Positions 53,496 to 64,000 of a DNA stretch of 64,000 nt are shown piece by piece. How positions within the stretch are numbered: the first letter of the stretch is position 1; each line of letters opens with the position of its first letter. Under the pieces are notes generated by a model. It saw only the letters and a list, made by a program, of their open reading frames with translations. It searched no databases and was not told the DNA's origin. The DNA comes from Octopus vulgaris (Eukaryota), in the NCBI GenBank assembly GCA_951406725.2, contig OX597837.1, positions 27,032,001 to 27,096,000 of the forward strand, written 5' to 3'. The translations under genes and the position numbers were made by a program.

Positions 53496-53886
53496 AAATT
53501 TTCTGTTATTTTGTTTACAAAAGATTGTTAGACACTTTAATAGCTCATTAGATTTTTCAAAAATGATTTTTCTTTTAAATATGAAATTAAGTCAAAATAA
53601 ACTATTTTTCATTTAATTATTGCTCCCAGTACCTATACAAAAACCAAAGGGATTGCAAAGCAGTAACCTTAATCATTAGTTATATATTGTTGAAGATGCA
53701 TATACATATTTAACATTTAGCACACAACATTTTCTCTAGAATTGTTTCCCCTGCCACTGCCCTGTTACTACAAGGGAGAAAACTCATATGGTGACATGAT
53801 GCACCTACAGCATGCTAATGATTAAATATCTATGTCTTGTACATTAGGTAATATATCTCTGTTGCTTTATCAATGTAGGGTGTAAA

Positions 53887-54102
53887 GAAAGGCGGCGAGC
53901 TGGCAGAAACGTTAGCACGCCGGGCGAAATGCTTAGTGGTATTTCGTCTGCTGTTACGTTCTGAGTTCAAATTCCGCCATGGTCGACTTTGCCTTTCATC
54001 CTTTCGGGGTCGATAAATTAAGTACCAGTCGCACACTGGGGTCGATCTAATCGACTGGCCCCCTCACCAAAAGTTTCGGGCCTTGTGCCTAGAGCAGAAA
54101 AG
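53887..54102 (+). mobile_element. SINE family B, just upstream of the terminal exon
   Basis: TSD AATGTAG(G/C)GTGTAAA at 53872-53886 and 54103-54117. Confidence 0.9.
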
Positions 54103-54229
54103 AATGTAGCGTGTAAACTGAGGGAGATCTGGCATATATTTCTGTTGTGGTTTCTTGGCCGTAAATTGATTATTCAGAATATTTTGCTTCTGGTTTATTT
54201 ATTTTCATTGTCTACTTCCTTTGTTGCAG

Positions 54230-55081
54230 GGACATTCACAGAACAGGATACCAAAATCATCAATTGGCAGCGAATTTAATGCTGAAGATGATCCAACTCC
54301 TCTGCTCGAAGACGATAACACTTCAACAAATACTTCAGATTATCTAGAACCATCGAAGCTTGAAACTCCCAAATACCTGGAACTCATATCTGACAAGCCA
54401 AATGCCACAGCAGGTAAACAAGTCGTTCGAGGGGCTCGACCAAAGACAAATTCTACTTCAAGCTTTTGTAATTCTCCGCCACAACTTCCAGATAAATGCC
54501 ATCAAAATGGCACCAAAACAAACAACAACAACAATAACGAGAATCTCACCAGTAACGGATCCACAAAATCAAAAGGTTCCACAGGAGCGCGGCGCAATTT
54601 CCAAGGTCTGCATTATGCTCAACTTGCGACTTGCAGTACCGATTCTTCAGTTGATGAAAGCGACGATGAAAGTTGTACAGAGATGAATTATATCACACCT
54701 CAAGTGAGTATGTCCTGTACTCTGTTAAATCAAGTACAAAACGAACCAGGACATCAACGACATCTGAGCAAGCAGACATCTGCACCAGCTCCACTCCACA
54801 ATAACTCCTTGTCTAATGAAGGAATATGGGTAAACAGTGGTTCTATGGACAATCAAAACTCAAACAATTACCTTTTCCACAATTCATGTGCATCACCAAC
54901 CAAATTACAAGTTTGGGCAGACAAAAATAGGAATTTAGTCAGTAAGAACAACGCTGTTCTTGCTATTTCTGATTGCCCAGAATATATAAACACACCACAG
55001 CCCAACTCTTTGAACTATCCTTCTGGGCAGCAAAATGCTACGGGAACCCCTATTTTCAGTTCCCAGCCAACTCTTGTTTGA
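54230..55081 (+). CDS. Terminal coding exon of host gene; disordered Tyr-motif-rich cytoplasmic tail, probably of a receptor tyrosine kinase (ROS1/sevenless- or EGFR-like; family not determinable here)
   Basis: Pyrimidine tract and TTGCAG acceptor ending 54229, then ~283 open non-repetitive codons to TGA. Phase 0 matches the upstream exon. Motifs DYLEP, PKYLEL, LHYAQL (ITIM-like), NYIT, EYIN (YxN) and C-terminal TLV (class I PDZ ligand). Confidence 0.85.
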   Translation, partial: GHSQNRIPKSSIGSEFNAEDDPTPLLEDDNTSTNTSDYLEPSKLETPKYLELISDKPNATAGKQVVRGARPKTNSTSSFCNSPPQLPDKCHQNGTKTNNNNNNENLTSNGSTKSKGSTGARRNFQGLHYAQLATCSTDSSVDESDDESCTEMNYITPQVSMSCTLLNQVQNEPGHQRHLSKQTSAPAPLHNNSLSNEGIWVNSGSMDNQNSNNYLFHNSCASPTKLQVWADKNRNLVSKNNAVLAISDCPEYINTPQPNSLNYPSGQQNATGTPIFSSQPTLV

Positions 55082-55426
55082 TACAAATAGCTGGTACCAT
55101 GACTTGTTCATTATTAATTAATTAATTAAGCTGTACAGAAACAAAAGAGATTTGACCACTGGTCAGTCATAAACAGCTGCCATAGACTCCAGTTTCTTTC
55201 CTCATGCCAATGAATCTCAGTTTTCATTGAAGAATTAAAAAGAAGAAGAAAAAAAAACATAATAAACAATGACCAATCACTAAGTAACAGACACTGGACT
55301 AATTCTGATACATTTTGGTGGCATCATTGAAAGTCTCATTTTTGGTAGTTTCCAACAGACAAAAATAACAAGCATTGTAATGACATACAGTGAAGACAAA
55401 CTACTAGGTCATCTACAACAGCATAG

Positions 55427-56080
<654 letters not shown>

Positions 56081-56608
56081 TCATATCATATGCTGTATAG
56101 ATAGTATATTGTATACGTAGTATACATACATATGTTTCTATATATATATATAAATATCCTGCATAATACTGTATTAAGACAGGTGATATAGAAAGAAAGA
56201 AAATAATTATGTTATCTCAGGTCAGTAAAAGTTAATGATGGTTGATAACGAGAGAAATCGAAAATAATTGCTCGCACACCAATTTTTTCGAGCAAAGAAA
56301 TTTTCGTTCATTCCTGTATTAATTAACATCTCATTTGCCACCAATTAAAAAGTGATTGTGTATTTTTTTTTTCTTTTATTAAAAACAAAAAAAAAAAACT
56401 CCAAAAAGATTACTAAATGAGGTGAAGAAAGGCTGTAAAGAAGGAAAGAAAATGAAGAAAAATATATCTGTTCCCAGACATAAAAGTTGGCATATTGTAC
56501 TGTTACTAACAGTTGGTGCACCTTGCGGCAATGTGATTATGCTAGACAGTATATATTACATGTTTGACAATATGATAAAGACTAGCAGCATTATGACATT
56601 GCACTCTC

Positions 56609-56651
<43 letters not shown>

Positions 56652-56680
56652 CATGTATATATATAAATATGTATATGTGC

Positions 56681-56769
<89 letters not shown>

Positions 56770-56981
56770 TATGTCACCTCACTGTAGCATTGGTTCATTT
56801 CTACTGTAAGACATGATTCTCTGACTAACCAAAGATTAAAAACAAAAATACAAAAAAAAAACTGTTCCCTAAATTTGGGGCAGCCATGTTTTATCTTTCT
56901 GTAAAAGAAAAGTTAATGTCTTACCCACTTTTTGTGTGATATTCCCCACCCTTACATACATGTGTGTGTGTGTATATATAT

Positions 56982-57014
<33 letters not shown>

Positions 57015-57342
57015 ACCATACACACACACACATACATATATATATGTATATATATGCAGACAAAAGGTCTGCAGTGTGTTATCATCTTTGCATTATAATT
57101 GTAGATGTGTTTGGCTATCTGCTGCAACATAGAGGTTCAAATTTACAGTATGGAAGCATTAAAGTGCAATATTTAGTTGTTATTTTTTTTTTTCTCCTCC
57201 CCAGAGATAATACCTTGTATAATATTTGCTTTCAATGGACAACTGTTGTTCTAGTCAGCTCTCTCCCTCCATACTTGTGCAGCTGTGAAAATTTGCTTCA
57301 TTCATTCTAACACACAAACACCAATTCATGATGAAAAACTGT

Positions 57343-57425
<83 letters not shown>

Positions 57426-57729
57426 TTGTTCTTTTGTTAATTAATCGCATTGGCAAACAAAATGACATTTAGTAAAAACAAGAATTTCTGTATAACTAAA
57501 CATATTTGTCTTCTACTTGTTTCGCTCCCTCATCCTCTCTCTCTCTCTCTCTTCTTTTCTATGGAAATCACTGTAATGATTTTTTTTTAATCAAATGTTG
57601 AAAAACTAAATGAAAAACAAGAGTTGTTACTGAGATAGCAAGTTTCTACAGCTGAGGCTATAGTAAATACAAGAAAACTTTTTAACATGTGTGTGTGTGT
57701 GTATACGTATATGTATAAATATGTGTGTG

Positions 57730-57783
<54 letters not shown>

Positions 57784-58386
57784 TACCTCTGAAGAGCACA
57801 GGGTTTCATAATCGGACTGTTAGCTAACACTCCTTTGGACCCATAGTGCAAAACCGATTGGTAAAATCGGCTGTTATAGATATTTAATACTGTACACTTC
57901 GATTAATATATATATATATATATTTCATAACAAAGTGACTGTTACTTCTAGGTTTTGTCATTCTGTAAAGTTGGAGTCAAAGGCTTTCTCTTTTGAGGTG
58001 TTCAGAAGAGATGCAGTCATTTCTAGTTGCCATCGAGGCGGCTGAAGGTGAGTTGAGAATGAAGAAAGTAGAAATAGACTAGATCTTCTTCCTAGGGTTA
58101 ATGATTTGGCAGCAGTGATTTTGGGACCGGATCTGATTTATCCCCAAACTACCACTATTATCAAATCGTCGACTGTTGGAGCTGAATGTAGATAAGTTGA
58201 TTTTCTCTGTAATCTTTTTCTCAACTCTCTAGACCTACCTTATTGATAGTCACGATTTTGACTACAACCCTCGTGAACACTAGAAAAGAACACTTCTTTG
58301 GCTTCAATTTGCAGTCATAGAAGCTACAACTTGTCACTCTTTATTATATGTATATGTATGTATGTATGTATGTATGTATATATGTA

Positions 58387-58460
<74 letters not shown>

Positions 58461-58761
58461 CATATATATAATATATATATGTATATAATATATATTTATA
58501 TATACATACACATATATATATATATATGATATTTTATATATAAATAAATATATATATATATAATATATATATATTATATATATATATATCCATATATATT
58601 ATATATATGTACACATAATATGGATATATATATATTTATACATAAAATATCATATATATATGTGTGTATATGTATATATACTCTACAGTTCATAAGTTCT
58701 TTATCAGATAACGTTGACTCACTGTAAAATATAGTTACAAATGTTAATCATCAACAACATA

Positions 58762-58811
<50 letters not shown>

Positions 58812-59114
58812 CCACACACTCACACATACATACACACACATACACATACACACACGAGATATGTACTTGTAAGTACAGATGTGTGAACATAAATGTGTGT
58901 GTGTGTGTGTATGTAATGATTATTGCTTCCAATTTATTGCCAAGACATTGAAAAGAAAAAAAAAAGACAAATGTAAATAAAGGAGTCTGTTGTTACCGTT
59001 ATAGGGCGAAAATCGGAACATATGAATCTTTTGTTATGAAACAAAAACCATTTTAGTGTTACTGTTTCACTGGCATATTTCAGTTTTAAAACCAAAACTC
59101 CAGAACCATAAAAA

Positions 59115-59795
59115 AATACAGTACCACTTCTAAATGACTTATTTTCTTTAGCGCCGGTTCAATTTATAAAAAATAATCTCTTAGAAGTTATTTTTGTTTG
59201 TTTTCTTAATTATTAACCTTTTCCATCTCCTTACTCCTCTTTCCCTGAAGACCACCCCCTCTGGTTCTATGATGCAAAACCATGTTTATAAATTAATCAA
59301 AATGTTTCATCATAGTTTTTATCAAACAAACTGTTGTTAATATGTTTCTCCATCACAGACATAAAAATGACAAAGTTAGCTATTTTGCAAAATTCCTCCA
59401 AACTCTTGATTATTTTCCAAAATTTATTAAAATTCTTAAACAATTGTATTTGATTAAAAATACAGGACCATTCTGTAGTTTTTTAATTTTCTTTAGCGCC
59501 GGTTCAATTTATAAAAAAAAATTTCTTAGAAGTTATTTTCGTTTGTTTTCTTAATTTTTAACCTTTTCCATCTCCTTACCCAACTTTCCCCGAAGACTAC
59601 CACCTCTAGTTCTATGATTCAAAACCATGTTTCAAATTGTTCATAAATTAATCAAAATATTTCATCATAGTTTTTATCGAACAAACTGTTGTTAATATGC
59701 TTCTCCATCACAGACATAAAAATGACAAAGTTAGTTATTTTACAAAAATTCCTCCAAATTCTTCATTGAATTTAATAAGAAATACAGGACCACTC
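59115..59795. repeat. Diverged ~345-bp tandem duplication
   Basis: TTCTTTAGCGCCGGTTCAATTTATAAAAA and downstream sequence occur twice. Confidence 0.85.
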
Positions 59796-60489
59796 TCTAG
59801 TTTAGGTATGGCACTACAATTGTGAGAAATGATCAATGGAAATTTTGGAAATATTTCCAAATCTTCTGACAATTCTCTTAATGTTATTTCTTTGACTCCT
59901 GACAGTTCCAAACAGATCCATTGGTTGACACCTCTCACTTGCAGGGAAAGTAGTAATGATCTGTTTATCCCTTATGAGGACTATCTATAATTAAAAGAAG
60001 ACTCGAAAGAAAAAAGTAAACCCAACTATATAGCCAGGAAAGTGACACAAATTAACCTCAAAACCCAGTCTTCAGCGACATAGATATACTAACCGTAGTA
60101 CTGATAAAAATAAAAACTACATCAGTTGAACAAAACTTAGAATTAAGTTCTTTGTTGCTAAAAACAATTCTTTGAAGCCATCAAATGTCTGCCTTTTTTA
60201 TTTTATTTATTTATTTTTATTATTATTATTATTATTATTATTTTTTAACTGTCCTCATTTTTTCTGGATTTTTTTCACGTTGTTGTTAATGAAAATTTCA
60301 TATTCAAATATTTATAGAATGAAATTTTATTGCCAACATAAAGTAGAATAAGTTATTGAATTACTGTATTATGGTTTCTTAAATGCCATGTTATTGTATA
60401 CCATCATTAGATGTATATTTCTTTATTATTTATAGCTATCTTCCATACAAACCAAATAAATTAATAAGAAATTTTAAATATCCTCATTG

Positions 60490-61085
60490 TCTATCTTTAC
60501 TGTGAGAAAAAAAAAGTAACTGTTGTCTCTTTTCTTGCCCATGAAAAAAATCATTGTCTTCCCCTGTTTTTACTGTGAAAAAAAAACATTGTGTTCTCCT
60601 CTCTTTCCTATTAAAAGAAAACACTGTTGTCTTTGCTGTCTTCTGTGTTTCCCTTTGAAAAAAAACTGTTGTTGCTTGTGTTTCCTTTAAAAAAAATATT
60701 GTCTCCTGTTAAAATCAATTGTTGTTTCCCCTCTTTCCAGTTAAAAAAAAAATTATCTCCCATCTCCCCCTGTTAAAAGAATATTTGTCTCTTGGCTTTC
60801 CTGTTAAATATCGTTGCTTTCTCCTGTTCATGTTAAAAAATACATGGTCTGCAATCTTTCCCCTGAAAATTATATCGTTGTCTTGTCTTTCCTATCAAAA
60901 AAAAAAATTGTTTTTTCTTGAGTCTCCTGTTAAAAATATTGTTTCCTCCTACGTTTCCTGTTTAAAAAAATATTATTGTTTCCTGCATTACCTGTTAAAA
61001 AACATCATTATCTCCTGTCTTGCTTGTTAAAAAAATATTTTCTTCTGCCTATCCTGTTTACAAAACATTATCTTTAAACCTGTTT
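60490..61085. repeat. Highly degenerate ~30-bp tandem repeat
   Basis: Recurring TTGTCTCCTGTCTTTCCTGTTAAAAAAA-like units. Confidence 0.6.
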
Positions 61086-61435
61086 ATTGAAACAACACAC
61101 TTCTATTTTATAGGAAAACATTTTCTTCCTATACAGTTGTTAGTAGCAACTTCTACATTACACTTTAGTCTAAGTTAGACTATTATTTTCTTTTTATTTA
61201 AAGTTTATTTGTAGATTTGTTTTATCTTTTAATTCTAAATGATCTAAACAAGATGACTGGCTTAGTCATCATTTTAATTTACTTTTATTCATTAATCATT
61301 TATCACTAATTATTAACAACATAACCTTTCTTTTTTTCCATTTAGATAAAAAAAAACAACTTTCTAAAAATAACTATAATTATTTTAAAATGGCAAAAGA
61401 AAAGGTGTTTAGGAATAACTAATTAAACATATAAC

Positions 61436-61483
<48 letters not shown>

Positions 61484-61954
61484 CACAGGTGATTAACAGT
61501 TTGGTATTTGAGATAATACATACAGACATATATATATATATGTAACTTATAATTTGATCTATATATACATACATGTAACATAATTTGATGTATTACATGT
61601 TACCTGGCCCTGCCTGTTGAAATGTTTTTGTACATAAGAATAATGTTGATTACAAATTCGTTATATCTTTATTTTTATACAAAAGGGATTTCCGAAGAAG
61701 ATCTACACATATCTTCTTGGAGAAATTTTTAATATTTCTGAGAAATCCTCGACAGAACAGTTCAGTGTTCAGTCTTTGAATCTTATTGTAGAAGTCCAGT
61801 AGTATCTCAACCAATTAATTTAGAAGATATTGAAAGCCCTATAATAACTGTATCTGCAGGTATTTTATTACAAAATCTTTGCAGTTCTCTCGCTCTGGCT
61901 CCCTCTCTTTGCCTCTCTCTCTCTCTCACACACTCACACTAATATATATGTATG

Positions 61955-61990
<36 letters not shown>

Positions 61991-62169
61991 ATAGAGGTCA
62001 TTATTACACATAAATGTAATGTGTAATAATGCCCTCTATACAATATAAATTAATATTTTCATGTGAAAAAATTATTTTTGAATTTTTTCTCTTATGAGGT
62101 TTTTCACGCTAACTACCTGATAATTTCTTGTTAAGATTCCTTATTAAGAGGTTATCCTTAATTGTTAAA

Positions 62170-62232
<63 letters not shown>

Positions 62233-62281
62233 AGCTAATCAATCAATATCTCATAGCTAAACTATCCATATCTTTACTTAA

Positions 62282-62502
62282 CTCTTCCGTTACCAACCCG
62301 GCTGAAACCGCCTCTGGCTCTGTAGTACAAATGTCTTGTTTTCATAAGTTTTGAATTAAAATCTTCCACCAAACCATAGTCACAATTTATATTCCTAACA
62401 CTAGCTAAATGAAAGTGAAGTTATTTTACTAAATTCTTTGTTATATCTAAAATAATTAAGAGAAACACAGAACATCTCAAAATAAATACAGTAATGAAAG
62501 GG
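62282..62502. mobile_element. piggyBac-type MITE
   Basis: TTAA|CTCTTCCGTTAC ... GTAATGAAAGGG|TTAA. Confidence 0.75.
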
Positions 62503-62882
62503 TTAAATATTTAACACTTTAGCATTTATCTGGTCATATCCAGCTAAAATAATCTTTCCTTTTCATGTTCAACCTGGCCAGATCTGGCTCTCTCACAAAC
62601 AGTTACCCCATCAAAGTCTCATAGCTACAAGATGATACATAAATAATTCAATGCAATGTGAATAATAAAGTATTAATTTTGGCAAAATTATGTGAATGTG
62701 AAAGAATGAATGAATGAATGGAGAAATGAAGAGAAAGAAGGAAGAAGAAGAAAGAAATGAGCTTACAAGTAAATAATTATTTGTACATTTTTTTGGTAGT
62801 GTGCTGCTGAGTGAGAAGTTAATTCTTAGGAAGCTGATACATGTTTGATTGCAAATGTTCGACGTCTTTGGTAATTATTGAA

Positions 62883-64000
62883 CATGACCCGACTTTTCGT
62901 CTGATGTCACTTTGTCCAACATCACTTCATCCACGTCTTTTTGGTTTGACATTTTTTTGTCCAACGACTTCTTGTCCAACATCACTTCATCCACGTCTTT
63001 TGGTTTGATATTTTTTTGTCCAACGACTTCTTGTCCAACATCACTTCATCCACGTCTTTTGGTTTGATATTTTTTTGTCCAACGACTTCTTGTCCAACAT
63101 CACTTCATCCACGTCTTTTGGTTTGACATTTTTTTGTCCAACGACTTCTTGTCCAACATCACTTCATCCACGTCTTTTGGTTTGACATTTTTTTGTCCAA
63201 CGACTTCATGTCCAACATCACTTCATCCACGTCTTTTTGGTTTGACATTTTTTTGTCCAACGACTTCTTGTCCAACATCACTTCATCCACGTCTTTTGGT
63301 TTGACATTTTTTTGTCCAACGACTTCTTGTCCAACATCACTTCATCCACGTCTTTTGGTTTGACATTTTTTTGTCCAACGACTTCTTGTCCAACATCACT
63401 TCATCCACGTCTTTTGGTTTGACATCTTTTGTCCAACGACTTCTTGTCCAACATCACTTCATCCACGTCTTTTGGTTTGACATCTTTTGTCCAACGACTT
63501 CTTGTCCAACATCACTTCATCCACGTCTTTTGGTTAGACATTTTTTTGTCCAACGACTTCTTGTCCAACATCACTTCATCCACGTCTTTTGGTTTGACAT
63601 TTTTTTGTCCAACGACTTCTTGTCCAACATCACTTCATCCACGTCTTTTGGTTTGACATTTTTGTCCAACGACTTCTTGTCCAACATCACTTCATCCACG
63701 TCTTTTGGTTTGACATTTTTTTGTCCAACGACTTCTTGTCCAACATCACTTCATCCATCTTTTGTTGACATTTTTTGTCCAACGACTTCTTGTCCAACAT
63801 CACTTCATCCACGTCTTTTGGTTTGACATTTTTTTGTCCAACGACTTCTTGCCCAATTTTAAATAAACTCTTTAGAAAACAAAGTGAACATTAAATTAAA
63901 TAATTATTGAGAATTTTATTGATATGATTTGACATTGGACAAAAAAATCATTAGACAAAATGATGTCAGACCAAAAGACATGGACAAAAAACGTTAGATG
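62883..64000. mobile_element. Same foldback-like MITE family in reverse orientation, one arm expanded into a tandem array; runs off the window
   Basis: The start CATGACCCGACTTTTCGTCTGATG and spacer ATAAACTCTTTAGAAAACAA match the reverse complement of 6652-6943. Confidence 0.8.
62912..63853. repeat. ~59-bp minisatellite, ~16 near-identical copies
   Basis: Unit TTGTCCAACATCACTTCATCCACGTCTTTTGGTTTGACATTTTTTTGTCCAACGACTTC repeated head to tail. Confidence 0.97.

Noticed and set aside
55261-55266. AATAAA as the host gene poly(A) signal
   Set aside because: Plausible, but AATAAA is frequent in this AT-rich DNA; the 3' UTR end cannot be fixed without transcripts.
62912-63853. CRISPR-like regular array
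   Set aside because: Units are contiguous with no unique spacers and no cas genes; it is an expanded MITE arm.

Overview
AT-rich, microsatellite-saturated animal genomic DNA. The SINE repertoire and repeat landscape suggest a coleoid cephalopod (Octopus-like); this is recognition, not a database result. The window holds the 3' end of one + strand host gene. An internal exon (49261-49343) splices in frame to a large terminal exon (54230-55081) encoding a tyrosine-motif-rich tail ending in a PDZ-type TLV, typical of a receptor tyrosine kinase tail. A few candidate micro/cassette exons lie upstream in a very long intronic region. The rest is mostly mobile DNA: a near-intact IR/DR Tc1 (DD34E) element with one frameshift, decayed mariner and other Tc1/mariner derivatives, hAT-, piggyBac- and foldback-like MITEs, several tRNA-derived SINE families, CR1-like and R4/Dong LINE 3' ends, and three minisatellites, two traceable to mobile elements. 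Most notable: (i) many Penelope-like hairpin remnants in (TA)n tracts carrying minimal hammerhead ribozyme folds, some with non-canonical cores; (ii) a ~560-bp non-coding element found only inside (AAT)n arrays beside R4/Dong 3' ends, behaving like a microsatellite-targeted non-autonomous retroposon. Nearly all ORFs in the supplied track are microsatellite artefacts. All alignments and folds were done by eye.
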